Origin: Dudresnaya verticillata
Lineage: Eukaryota
Assembly (NCBI GenBank): GCA_977862235.1
Contig: OZ374559.1
Coordinates: 620,001 to 684,000 of the forward strand
Length of the DNA stretch: 64,000 bases
Direction of reading: 5' to 3'
In this document: positions 22,273-34,614 of the stretch, one piece after another
How positions within the stretch are numbered: position 1 is the first letter of the stretch
Layout: each line of letters starts with the position of its first letter
The notes under the pieces: model-generated
The model's input: the letters and a program-made list of their open reading frames with translations, nothing else
What the model was told of the DNA's origin: nothing
Database searches by the model: none
Translations under genes and position numbers: made by a program

Positions 22273-23586
22273 TTAACCATCACTAGGGACACAGCAAAGC
22301 GCATTCCCGCCGCCACTGCATCCACCACCACCACCACCCTGCCTCACAACATTCAGATTTCTGATGAGCTCTCGATCGGGGATTGGAGGTGGGGAACAGT
22401 TCGCAGAGACCGTAACAGTATCTCCACCGCCCGTCAACAACACACCACCAACAGACATACAACAAGCTGCAATGCGCTCATCCTCACATTCCTCATACGC
22501 ATCGAACTTCATGTTCTGCGGTACTGAAAACTCGGCTGCACACCTCTCCTTTAGCACCGGATCATTCAGGAAGCACGCCTGCATATTCGCCTGCTGATCC
22601 GCGTCCAACTGCTGCACATTGGCTGCACGAGCTCCAGAGTCCCCAACCGGGCAATCGCATGCCACCGAGATCGCCCCAGGCGATCCTCCAGGCGTGCGCA
22701 GCTCGCATACCCCCGGCGACACCGACGGCGATGCGGACTGTGTCGGCGGTACAGACATGCTCGGCGTGGCAGACGCCGATGGGCTGGATGTGGGGGTAGC
22801 CGGTGCGGCAGACGCCGATGCACTCGGTGTGGCAGACGCCGATGGGCTGGATGTGGGGGTAGCCGGTGCGGCAGACGCCGATGCACTCGGTGTGGCAGAC
22901 GCCGATGCACTCGGTGTAGGAGGTGCTACAGAGGGCGACGAGGTCGACGACGGTATGACGCTAGCTGGCGCAGCGGAGGCGCTTGGCGACGCCGAAGGTG
23001 GGACGTCAGGCTCGCAGATCAAGCCACGCCTAGTCTCGCCCCTCTTGTTCTTCCTAATGCATTTGCTGAGCTTACACTTGACTGTAGGGATGACGCGAAA
23101 GCAGTTCTTCTTAGCCCACTTTTTGTCCATACACACGTTAGGGCACTCCAGCAGAGGCGGAAGATGGTCCGGAACACACGATTTGCCCCACACCTTGCGA
23201 TGGCCGCGGGTGTACTGGCACCTCTCCAGCTTGCAGAGGACTCCTGGTAGAACCAATCTACAGTCCTCCTTGGCCTTCGCCTTGCTCGTGCAGCGGGCGC
23301 GGCACGTAGAAGTGAGCGGGGATGGGGAGGGTGAGGGTGAGGGCGAGGGCGAGGGAATTCTGTTGACCGACGTGCACTTTTTTCGCCTGCGAGATGAGCA
23401 GCTGATAACCTCACACTTGCCTCGCGGAGTCTTGCGGCATTGCCATTTGGCTTTATGCTTCGAAGTGCATTTATCTGGGCAGTCTGATAGCTTAAAACGT
23501 TCAGCTAGATCCAAGGACGGTGCGGCTGTTACGATGGCGTGCAGGCTTGCTAGGCCGAGGAGGAGAATAGCGGTGAAACGGGCCAT
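22273..23586 (-). CDS. Secreted Cys-rich and Ser/Pro-rich extracellular (cell-wall-type) protein, 437 aa
   Basis: Signal peptide MARFTAILLLGLASLHAIVTA from ATG 23586; TATATAA about 90 nt upstream; three basic six-Cys modules, (SP)n linker, 63-bp tandem repeats, Cys-rich C-terminus. Confidence 0.85.
   Translation of the reverse strand: MARFTAILLLGLASLHAIVTAAPSLDLAERFKLSDCPDKCTSKHKAKWQCRKTPRGKCEVISCSSRRRKKCTSVNRIPSPSPSPSPSPSPLTSTCRARCTSKAKAKEDCRLVLPGVLCKLERCQYTRGHRKVWGKSCVPDHLPPLLECPNVCMDKKWAKKNCFRVIPTVKCKLSKCIRKNKRGETRRGLICEPDVPPSASPSASAAPASVIPSSTSSPSVAPPTPSASASATPSASASAAPATPTSSPSASATPSASASAAPATPTSSPSASATPSMSVPPTQSASPSVSPGVCELRTPGGSPGAISVACDCPVGDSGARAANVQQLDADQQANMQACFLNDPVLKERCAAEFSVPQNMKFDAYEECEDERIAACCMSVGGVLLTGGGDTVTVSANCSPPPIPDRELIRNLNVVRQGGGGGGCSGGGNALCCVPSDG
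22760..22918. repeat. 63-bp coding tandem repeat (ATPSASASAAPATPTSSPSAS)
   Basis: ctcggYgtggcagacgccgatgggctggatgtgggggtagccggtgcggcagacgccgatgca twice plus a partial copy. Confidence 0.9.
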
Positions 23587-25599
23587 CTTGGGGTGGTAGT
23601 TTCTTCGCGGTGCGAGCAAATGCTGTGACATGGTGAGGAAAAGTAAAGACTCCCGAAATTTCTCTAGGGTGGCATTATATACAGGTCCGAAGGGGCTGGT
23701 TCGACGTGTGTGCAGTACGCTGCCCTTTCCGTGAACTGGCCATCACATGGCCATGGTCCATTGGTGACCATCGTGGGGCGACATAGTTACAGTCTGCTTC
23801 TGGTATTGGAAGCATTAGTCGTCGAGCGCATTGACCGTTGCGGTCGGACGATAGTTCCATGTCGACCTGGTAGTACAGCACAGATTGATCGGTGTATGCA
23901 GCTGTCCCTCGTGACTCGAAATTGTGCACAACGGACGATTGCATGTCTATGATACATGGCACCCCTGGTCCGAAACAGAAAATGAAAGAACACGTTTTGG
24001 TGCTTAGGAGATTTCAACATTAAGAACCCGCTGGGCTGTCGAGTTAGACGCATTGACTGCGTTATGCGTAGCTGAGGCAGGGATTGGGGAGAGAAAGCGT
24101 TGCTAAAGTTGTTCATACTGTTGCAAATTTCACGACAGTTAAGGGTGGTTATGGGTGTCAAGATGGGGTCTATCAGGTGATGAAAGGGAACTAACTGATA
24201 AGTAAGATCATCAGTTAGGGAGTGATAAGGACCAATGGAACCTCATTTTGAAATGGAGACAAAGGTGTACGGCCTCCTGGCTTTTTTCTGGGGGCCTTAG
24301 TTTACTTGGAGTTCGTGCGACGTGGAGGCTCTCTTGTGAACGCTGCTGAACGCGGCCGTGATTGCTCCCCAACTACTACTTGGCGGGGTTTGCCCACACG
24401 GATCTTCAACACCCCGAGGCTCGTTGAGATCAATTTAGGAAGATGAGCCCTGGTTTACACCTTGACCCCAATCTTTGACGTTTCGATTGTGCCATAATGT
24501 TGAAATTCATCCGACGGTGATCGCCTGCAGGAGGGACACTTCCCCTACAACTCAATAGCTACATGTCCTCGCTCGTTTGACCTCCCTTACAAATACACAT
24601 TGCAATGCGTGGCCGTTTCTGTCAACCGTCGTAGACTGGTGTATCTAACAACAATGGCAGTCATTGTCATGAATCCTAAGCCCACTTACGAGCTTCAGGC
24701 TCCACAATGGTTGTTTCAATCCATGCATAATTTTAAATGGCTATATTACACGAAATGCAGTCCGCTGCGAGATACGATACGCTCTGAGACTTGTCACGAC
24801 GCATCACCAACTGAGCAGATTTTTTTCCGACACCAAAACATCTTCCGAATACATGTATAGGGATGGTACATGTTACAGAATATGTCTCAAGATAAAGGTG
24901 CGGATGGCTTGTTGCGTCTGTTCGACTGTGTCCGTGATTCTGTACATGCAATATCTGTTATCAATTCTGCATGTGCAGAAGGCATACACCTGGGTCTTTG
25001 AACCATGGGCTCAACCCACCGCAGCCAGACAGCCAGGGTAGCCAGATTGGAGTTCTTCTTCTCCCCGATGTTTTGCGGTAGATGTAAAAGTCGCGCCATA
25101 TTGCGTGCACGTAGAATAGACAAATATCCCCGCTGACAGTCTGAACTGGCAAGGTGGTGATAGACGTTTAGTTAGAACCTGGTCAAACCTGTTGTACAAA
25201 ATCCTGTCAGTCTTATCGATTCTGATAATGGCTCGTTGGCAATAGTTGCTGTTGTTCTAGATTGAGATTGTTGCAGGAGTCGCATCGTCAGGTTGACACA
25301 GACTGAGACTCGTACTGTTTTTTTTGTTTTGGTGTCGGTCGCATTTTCGGAGAGAGCCCTCACTGTCTCCTTCTGCCGTCCCAGTGCTCTCTTTGTCGAT
25401 ACTTTTCGATAGCATGATGTGGCCCATACTCTACCTCTGCCGTGTAGTTTGACCGTTTGTTCTCAGGGACTCTTTCGACAATGCGACATACAGTACATTC
25501 CCACCCCAACGAAAAGACTGAACAGGTGTCCAATAGTAGTATAAATTGTATCACTTCGGCCACGTGGTGATGTGGTTCTTTTTTGCTGTTGTTCATAGT

Positions 25600-25840
25600 G
25601 GTCCGTAGGACCATGTACGTGGTGTCGTGGACAGCACCGGCCCATGTGCAAGCTAAGCCCTTAGCGAGGGGGGCATGCCTTAGGATACCCAATCCCCGGA
25701 TTCCGAGATGCCACCCAACTGCAAGCTTATGGTTGTTACAGTAGTGCCTGTTCGCATAATCATGCGGTAGGCGCCGGTTCACCGTGTGTGCGGGAGATAT
25801 GAGTAGCCCGCCTGGCAGTGGGTGGTTGGGATGACTAATC
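25600..25840 (-). mobile_element. Non-LTR retrotransposon 3' fragment
   Basis: Translates to NHKLAVGWHLG, matching DRKLAVRWHLG in the LINE ORF at 54723-55670. Confidence 0.45.
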
Positions 25841-26389
25841 ATGATTCATCATGATATCCAAATAACTTGAGCACATATCAATTTCGAGCCACTATTCCGG
25901 TCTCGTAACAGTGGCAGTCGAACAGAGTGACCTGGATAACGTTGCAATGTGCCTCGTACGGGCTAGAGCTCACCTTAATACAATTCCACACCACAGCAAA
26001 CCAAAATGAGGCATGTTTTTCTTTGCGGTGTCGGAAAGAAGTCTGCAGCTCGAGGATACAAGAACCTTTCATTTTATTGGCATGTTGGACTCAAATGGTT
26101 TGGCAACGGTCACTGCCCAAGGACGCACACGAAACATTACATTAGGTGCTAATGATGATGACACGGCCGCAGAAGAATGTCAAAAGATTAACTCGCCATG
26201 TCCGCAAAAAGCCTGCAGTGAAATTCCACTACCAAACACACACACACCCTCCAACAATCCACGTTACCGCTGTACACCCCATTTTCCGTACACCAGAAGA
26301 GATGAAGTTACATAAATGTGATTTTAGGCTTGAATAAGAGAGAGAGAGAGAGGGCCAAGAGAACCTTGTCTTGCAACTCTATCTTATGG

Positions 26390-26576
26390 ACAGTGTAGAT
26401 ACCTACTGAGATAGGATCTTAAGTAGGGAGCATCACAGCACTGCACCAAGCAAATCCACAAGGAAGCGGCAATAGCTTAGTGGTTTCTTTTTGCTTGGTC
26501 CGCCATGGAGGTCGTGGAATCTAGTCCCGCGGGTGTGTGCACGTGCAAAGCTGGAGAGTAGTCTACAACAGCTTGA
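26390..26576 (-). mobile_element. Non-LTR retrotransposon 3' fragment, paralogous to 28267-28420
   Basis: Shared blocks gtagatacctact, agtagggagYatcac, cttggtccgccaYggaggtcg, gagtagtc; bracketed by a 23-bp direct repeat (26366-26388 and 26577-26599). Confidence 0.55.
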
Positions 26577-26973
26577 TTGTCTTGCAACTCTATCTTATGA
26601 ACAGCTTGGTCCTCTGTTGATCGGTCGCGCCTACAGGGCAATATCACTGATGCGATCTGACCCGCAAGGGCGCGGAGCTAACCCCAGGTTTGACCGTGGG
26701 AGGGGTGGGGAACCTGTCATCACCGACATCTGGTGAGAACGATACTACCCCAGGGATCACTTTCCCCCTGCACAGGTCGGTTTCTCGGGCCTCTCCTCAC
26801 CCGGGTAGCGACCTCAATCATGCTGGAACACCAGTTGTAGTCAGTTTTGTCGGGCAATTAATTGCAATACACAATAGCAATAGCCTTTGAGTTGCTGAAT
26901 GCACATTGCAATTCCTGTTGCAGTGACATTGTCTATTGCAATTGAAATTTACTGGGTGTAGACAATAAAGTTG

Positions 26974-26975
26974 TG

Positions 26976-27007
<32 letters not shown>
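26974..27007. repeat. (TGA)n microsatellite preceded by AATAAAG
   Basis: Read directly; AATAAAG at 26964-26970. Confidence 0.9.
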
Positions 27008-28112
27008 CCCTATTGGGTTTTGAGTAGTAATATTGGAAGCCCTATTGTTAAATGCAGTATATGACACTCATATGTGCGGTTTTGTGTGCGAGCTGGATCT
27101 GTAGTGTTAGATTGGATCCCTTAAGCTGTTGTATTCCTCATTCTCTTCACCGTACCATTGGGAGAGTGTCCGGTCAAGCTATAGCCCGTCGTGAACGGTC
27201 AAGCTGTCACATTATCAGCGTGTGCGTGGAAGCCTAGGCATGGATTTACATTGGTGTCAAGAAAGGGACCTCCCCCTTGCTGAGAAGTCACGATATACGC
27301 TGATAATCACGTACATATCGTTTTGTAGGCATGAAACAACATCGCATTGCACAACTTCTTGCACGACGTAGACATATATTGCAGATGTTATTGGGGCATG
27401 TTGGCGGCTATATTGCAATATATATTGCCGACTGGGAGAGCATTAGTGCAACATATTTCTTACTGCATTTGTGCGAGCAATAAATTGCATTGTCTGCAGC
27501 CCTGGTTTTGGTCTCATGGATGGGATTAGGCCTTCCTATGTAACGGTGATCATTACGCTCGGTGGTAACATCAGCAATCCATGGCGAAAAAGCTGTTTGT
27601 AGCTGCCAGGCTTATAGTCACAGGAAGAGCGGAAGGGATCGATCCTGACGTAGGAGCAGCAGGTATTTTCAGCAGAATCGTATAGCCTCGAAGGGGAACA
27701 AACGCTTGCCCACAAAACATGACCTGACTTGGATTAGATAAATTTTCTCTCCATGCGGGGAATAGGTATGAAAGTTGATAGGATCCATACCAGGAGGGGA
27801 TAAGAGATGAAGGGAGAGGTTGGGCAAAAGAGAGAGAGAGGGAGAGAGAGACCTTTTTTAAAGAACAGTGCAAAAGCGATGAATCACAACCTTTATATTT
27901 TAATCCAAAAAGCAACCCTGGGGGGGGGGAACATCACTTTAATCAAGGCGTAAAGGGACATTCCATAACGGGACGGGACCACGAGGAAGGACGGGGGGCG
28001 CTGATAAGGAGCCGACGGTTGACAGTAAGGGCTACATGTTGGAGCAGAAACGAAACTAGGCGAGTGAGGAGAGAATTCTTCTCGACAACCCTGGGAAAGT
28101 GCAAAAAAGGGA

Positions 28113-28520
28113 GTGTGTACCTTTATTGCAATGACAAGAGAGAGAAGCCCCTTAAGGGGGCAACAGTGGTTGATACTACCCTTCTAACATTAGTGGTGGA
28201 AAAGGGAGACCAAGCAACTAAGGTGTCCAGGTTTGGGACTGGTTACTTTCTTATGTGTAAGAAGTTGGTAGATACCTACTATGTAGCTCCTGAGTAGGGA
28301 GTATCACGGCCAAACGCCAGAACAAGCTGTTTCCTTTTTCTTGGTCCGCCACGGAGGTCGAGGGGTCAAGCCCGCTCGTGTGGTATGTATGCGGGCACGC
28401 TTCGGAGTAGTCGACGACAGTTCGCAGATGTTCGCAAGGCTTGTGTGGATCGGGATTGTTAGAGTTGGGGGGGGGGAGGAGGGGGGGGAGGGGAGGGGTA
28501 CAGTTCCTGTTGGGCCACAC
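28113..28520 (-). mobile_element. Non-LTR retrotransposon 3' end (ORF tail, CCCCTTAAGGGG palindrome, AATAAAGGT, CA repeat)
   Basis: Minus-strand ORF tail KPCEHLRTVVDYSEACP resembles a decayed C-terminal Cys motif; the 3' end 28165-28113 matches 39005-39058 (+). Confidence 0.55.
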
Positions 28521-30928
28521 GTGCGTCTGCTCATGGGCCTTCGGTGCCTAAGTAGGTCACCTTAAACGCTGCAAAAAATATATACCATCACATCCCGGGC
28601 TCATGGTGTGTCATAGGCTGCTACATCCACAGCAACGGTTGGTCTGACCATTGATCAAAGGACAGTTCCTTGTAATTCGGGTAGTAGAGTCTACTTGCTT
28701 GTCGTGTAATTAGCAGAGAAACACTGGTTATTGCACCTGTCTTTGAAGATGTTGGTGAGCAGGGCAGACTCAGATAAATAGTATAATACAATAGGGAAAC
28801 AGTAGGTAAGAGAAAGAGGGATATGGAGGCGCAGAGGAAGAGAGTTATTGTGTGTGGCTTTCTGTGCTCGGTCAGAAGAAACTAAGGTGCGACGCAGTAA
28901 CGACTGATAGAGACTAGTTCCCTAGATTTCGTTTGGTTGTTGCTCTGTTCTTATAATCGTCGGCTTTGCTTTACTTTGTTGCTAACGTTGGAACAGATTA
29001 TGTACTGTGTTTCACTCTACAATTGAACATAGAATTGAATACGACTGCTGACAATATTAATTGATAATTGACATTGTGTTCTACTCTGTCTTGACCATCC
29101 ATTTGTAATCTCCTCCCAGTGCTGGAGAGATTAACATTGCTCGAAGTCCGCTGACATAGCCTGTCCAAGTTGAGCGACATAGGGCAGTGGCGGCAGAGGG
29201 TGACATGCTTCAGAGACTGAGGCTGCCTGTGCCTGCCAGCATCGCGGCGAAGCAGTGACACGCGGTAGTTCGAGAGTTGGCCTCAGTAAGACCAGCGCGC
29301 GATGTACGGCGTAGATTTGCAAGACAGACTCATTTGTACCTATGAAGAAGTTTATTGCCTATTTTGCGGGTGAAGCCTCTGAGGCAACAATGGCCTACAA
29401 CCAACCACTGCTATACATAAAGAGACACACGAACTAAGTCCCCAACCTATGAAGAAGATGAAAGTGGCTGTTAAGCACAACAGTTATTTTCGTAACAGTT
29501 CGGGTCACTGCAATTGGTAAGCCTCGGAGGATTGGGAATGCCCTATCAGTGGTATTCACTTTATTCACCAGAAATTTAAAAGCCCCTATTAGAGAGTCTC
29601 ATTATCTTTATAGGGTCTATAAAGTGATGTTCCCCTCTCTCGGGGGATTAGCAGCAAGTTCAAAACGGAAAAATCCCCAGACATTCACGCTTGGGTAGAA
29701 AACCACCTTGAAGGTGCTACAGTCTTCTCTACCTTGCGTTCAGAGACATTTCCTGGCCTCCTACTTGGGTACGCTACATTTTGAGGAGTCCCAAGACATG
29801 CCCAACCTGTTAGGAAGGCCCTCGAGTAATAAGTACAAGCCTTTGTCTTGGATACATCTATGAACACAAGATGCGTACCTTTCACAGCCTTCGAGAACAT
29901 TCTTCACACCGAAGGCAACGTATTCCACATCAAAGACAATTTGGAAAACACTTTCCGTCGCGATGGGATTGCAAGAAGCAGAAAACAGGGGTACTGTAAG
30001 GAAACTATAATAGAAGCTTTGGTGTTCAGGATACCTACAGACGATTTCGTTCAACTGCAACCAGACACTATGCTCTGAAAGAACCGTTCCTATACTCGTT
30101 GTCGTTTGTGCCTTCAATCCACTCGTGCGTCTAGATCTGCACGAGCGTTTTCTACACTTCCGTCCTCCTTTCACGGCACCCTCGTGGAACCTGAGATATA
30201 GATTACGATGATCCAACCCCGTTTAGGGATTCCCATTTTAATGGATCCACCCCTACCCTCGTTTTGCAACGGACACTGCTGCAGAAATACCTCTTCTTGA
30301 CATCTACGGACATCATGCCACCGTCTGTCGCGCACGGGAGGGAAACGCTCGCCGGCATGATCTGCTCGGCGATTGATAGGCTACAGTGTTCCTCGCAGTT
30401 TCTCGCCAACAAGCATAATCAGAAGATCTGGCGGGGCCTGCGACGGACTAGATCGTACTCAACTAGATCATTGTAAGACGAAGACGGTTAACGCTAACAC
30501 TAAACTACTTCAAGACGGTGCTAATAGGGTGAGTGAGGAGGTAGCGGTTTTATTCACGAGAGTATTGGCACTGGGTTTGAACTTGGAGTCCAACGCATTC
30601 AATAATTCACGAACATGAAGAAAGGGACTTCACCAGCCGCCGAAAAGCTCCACGATGCTACTCGTCTTATTATCTTGTCCTACAATGTATCGCTCTCAGT
30701 GTTAATCGACGCAAACTTTCTTCCCCTATTGGAAAGTGCTCTTCTGAGGGATTCCCCTTGGGATCCCTTAGAGAGTGTTTTTAGTCTTCATTGAAGGTTC
30801 TATCTTTGCTCTTACCTATTGTGACGATGGCTTTTCTTTTCCTTCAAAGATTTCTTCATTTCCAGAAGGACCATATCCTTTCTCAAATACTGAACTCAAT
30901 CCGAGATATCCTCGTCACCTTGGTGCTC

Positions 30929-31369
30929 TTAGCGATACCAATGCTCAGTGCAAGTATTGATAGATTGGATGCAAATCTGAGCCTCCGAAGAGCCATGTGC
31001 AGCTATGCACGTCTCTTTGCACGTCCTACAAGCTACGATGCACTGAATGCAGGCCGCTGTTGTTGAACTGCATAGTGCTACGGCTCCCAAGCAATCCACA
31101 GTCATTGCCTTACACACTATTAGGAGCGGGTTAAACCTTGAAGATGTCTGCATCACGGGATCAGTACCATCACTCCCAGCTTTCTTGAGGCCCTTCTTCT
31201 TATCCAGCTTCTCTGAGGCCGCTGTCGAAAAAGAAACTGGAGAGAGACCATTGCCCTCACCAGAATTAACAGGTTCGTTGTGGTTATTTCCATTCTTCGC
31301 TAGAACAGCTGCAAAAGCCAATGAGACCATCAAGAATAGGATTCTCAGAGTGTAGACTTGGAACGACAT
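30929..31369 (-). CDS. Small secreted prepro-protein with a 10-Cys C-terminal domain, 146 aa
   Basis: Signal peptide (RILFLMVSLAFAAVLA), low-complexity spacer, then C-x6-C-x6-C-x6-C-x2-C-x3-C-x2-C-x3-C-x11-C-x6-C; TATATAA at 31481-31475. Confidence 0.8.
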   Translation of the reverse strand: MSFQVYTLRILFLMVSLAFAAVLAKNGNNHNEPVNSGEGNGLSPVSFSTAASEKLDKKKGLKKAGSDGTDPVMQTSSRFNPLLIVCKAMTVDCLGAVALCSSTTAACIQCIVACRTCKETCIAAHGSSEAQICIQSINTCTEHWYR

Positions 31370-34227
31370 GTTGCACTGTCAACTGGCAGATTAGGTTGCT
31401 CTTACTGTTTCAGTTGCGAGCTCCGCTTGGATGCAGAGTACTTCTTTCTCGTAGTCCCCACTGGAAAGGTTCACTTATATAGTACATGCAAGTAACAAAC
31501 TAAGCATAAATAGACTCGAATAATACAGTTTGTCACCTCAAAACTAGCACCAACAGTTTCCGGTGTAGCTCATCGATGTTTTCATAAAACTACTTCCGCA
31601 ACTTGCAATGGCATTGAAGAACGGGATCAGTGGACAGCATGATAACAGCAGAGCACTGCAGTGTTACTGTCCCCATGAAGATAGGTGACTGCTAAGACAA
31701 ACGAATGAGGGCGCGAGAGGAACTTTTAACTGTGGTTTTACATGCAAACATTGTCTACAGCTCTTATCATCAAGCAAATTTCCGGTTCAGAGCTGGACAG
31801 CGGTCGGACACTTCATGAATGCTTCAGCAACAGCAATGCAGTCAGCCGATGCAACTGAAGGCTGCCAGTCGATGTAACGAAAGGCTGAAATGGATGCATT
31901 GGTAGTAAAACAGCTCTACAAAGATATCAAGATGTGCCATTGATGTCTTCTCTGCCGGCTGCAGACTGCAGCAAGACCAATTGATTCTTCCGCCTTGTGT
32001 TTTGTCCTGGTAGTGTTTTGTCCTGGTAGTATTGTCCTACTAGACTGGCACCCTCATTCTAAATTTATTTCGGGAAAGAAACTAGAGCTGTGGAGCTGTC
32101 ATAGCATGGCAGTAGTTCCTCCTACCAGTTCATCACAGCTATAACGGGTAAGGACTGGCATGTTACGGATTTTACATCGTGAGGTACGTCGCTGGTTGTA
32201 TGTGATTACCATTGGAATGTTACTCGATCTGTGTGAGTAGGTTCAGCTGGGACAGCACCACGGTGACACCCGTGGACTGCTGTCTGACTGAGAGGTAGTG
32301 TCAGCACAGTAGCGTGAATGAAAAATAGGTATCTTTGTTATTGTCGACCTGCAACTGCTGTCCTGGAACGGTTCATTCAAGCAGGTGGCGATCGAACAGG
32401 AAGTCTGGATTGCCCAGCCGCTGTCCGAATCTAAGCCCCCGTGACTTCACCCTATCGTGGCGCTTCCCACGCAGCGCAGTAGTACATTTTGTGGCTCTAT
32501 GCCAAATCACCACTATTAAGGACGGAACTTCTCTTCGCAGGACAGCACCGCAGCATTGCTACGACTTCTTTAATGGTTCAAGCGAGCTATGACTCTATCT
32601 GGTAGCTGTACCCATAACGCACAGTGCTGTTATGTCAATAGCTGTCGACTCTGTTTGTTCGCTTCACGGCACTCTCTTATGCGTCTCGCAATGCCTTTCT
32701 GGAGTTATGTAACTCCCGTTAAACCGTGTCCATCCTCTGAAACGCACGACAAGTTCTTTGTTCCATTTTCTCTAAGCATGGCAAGCTTTTGAAGAGCAAC
32801 AAGGGGAGGATTAGCTATATATTCTTGTCAGAAGGTGCCTGCTAGATTGTACGATAACAATTTCGAGTCTGTCATAACTTAGCAGAACAACGGGTAATCG
32901 CTTCAGCTGGTATCACACGCCATTCTCTCGAACTATCACGACCCGCAGCCAAGACCACGTTCCTACGTACATTGTGTTCGGTGTGCAGCGAGGTGGTGTG
33001 ACGCGGCAATGAACACGAAGCGTATCGTCTTCTATTGTGAAACCGTCCTAAATCCCACAGCCGTTGCCGGCAGCATGCTGTGATTTTTTTGCATCTGCAG
33101 CCAGCCTTGTTCCTCGGCGGACGGGAGATTGCCATAGCAGAATACTGGTCTAGAGGCATCGCTCTCATCATTCAGGCTGTCCAAGATACGTTACAACGGC
33201 TGCGTGGGCTCGAGAGCAATCATACGGACACAAGCGTACCAACTACAACACCGAGAAGTAGAGAGGAAAGCATCGACGGGAAATAGGACGTCCAGGATGC
33301 GTTATCAGTGGTATTGGCAGCCCGGATGCAGGAAAGCGGGTGGGTGAAGTTGTGTGCTATGGAGCTGGGACGGCACTCCTAACCCTTCACCTAACACGAG
33401 CACAGCTCGCGTACCCGGTAGCTGGTATGAAACGTATGGATGAAGACGTTGTTGTAGACTAAAGGCTGTTATCGACGACACATATGCCTCAAATCCCGTC
33501 TTTTTGCATTGCAGACCGGGTTGCAGCATGCTTTACTTTGCCTTGTGGGGTGGCAAAACAGAATAAAACTTCAGCGGCTTTCGCAATGTTTGGTATGTGC
33601 CCCGGCTAAATGAAGACCGTTAAAAGCTCATCCAAGCAGCGTTTCAAGTGTAAGCAGAGCATCCAGAATTTTATCGAAACGGGCGGCCCTTTTTCAGCCT
33701 GTTGCAATGACGTGATGCGAACAACGTGCTAGTGAATAGGACAGCGCGTAAGCGAGTACCTCCAACCAAGTAGTAAGCTACCATTGGTAGGGCCGAGGGC
33801 GGAGCAATGGACTCTGGGCCACTACTGGAAGCAGTCCTTATTGCGTACGAAAATGTAGCGCTGCCAGATTAGTTCCTTGGAGTCCTTCATGTACTTTTTT
33901 CTGCAAAGGAATTGGAGTATCGCGGGCGCTCCCGAGTATCATAGATAGCTGTTGGGCTGGAAGAACAGGTGACGCTGAAGGAAAATTTTCTGCATGCCTA
34001 ATGTTGAGGAGACGTCGTCTAACGTGCAGTCCCGCAACGGTCGAGGTCGCGGCTAAAAAAAAAAGAAGTGCTTATTGATAGCATCTCCTTTCTTCCCTTC
34101 CTCCCTAGTTTCTGTTGCATGTCACGAACCAGCAAGGAGGAGAAAGAACTCCGTCAACATAAAATCTACGCTACGAAACGAAGACAAACTCTAACACTAA
34201 AGCCCAAATAAAAACAAAACGCCAACT

Positions 34228-34614
34228 TCACATTATAGTACAGCCTCTCTCATCATCTTTCTTCCCCGTCCGCCCCTCCTCCCCCCTGCCCTCTTCACCT
34301 TCCTTTCCTTTCCGCCCATCGTCCTTCTCGCTCCCAACCGTGCCGTTCATCCACAAACTATCCCGGTATTCCTGCTCCTCTTCAACCGGGGGATCATCCT
34401 GTCTCGGTAGCTCCAAAAAGCTCTTGCTTCTAGCGGTTCCGTGCATGTACGCAGGGCAATCCCAAGACGAGAACTTGTGCCCCTTCCGGCATGCCGCATC
34501 CTCGCAGCGCACCATGTGCGCCTCGTTTGTTGAGCGCCGGCATGGCTCATGCACGTCCAGCACGCTGCCGCAGTGCCTGCAATTGCGACGTGAGTACTTC
34601 TGCCCTGTAGACAT
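34228..34614 (-). CDS. Small Cys/His-rich (putative Zn-binding) protein with C-terminal CaaX motif, 128 aa
   Basis: CRHC...H.PC...H..RC....C...H......C cluster, charged tail, ends GCTIM-stop; likely start ATG 34614 (alternative 34677). Confidence 0.7.
   Translation of the reverse strand: MSTGQKYSRRNCRHCGSVLDVHEPCRRSTNEAHMVRCEDAACRKGHKFSSWDCPAYMHGTARSKSFLELPRQDDPPVEEEQEYRDSLWMNGTVGSEKDDGRKGKEGEEGRGEEGRTGKKDDERGCTIM

Noticed and set aside
22619..23599. 326-aa plus-strand ORF
   Set aside because: Antisense shadow of the secreted Cys/Pro-rich gene.
29640..30620. Possible TauD-like dioxygenase pseudogene (VAHGRE word)
   Set aside because: Only one short word matches; no HxD motif or coherent frame was found.
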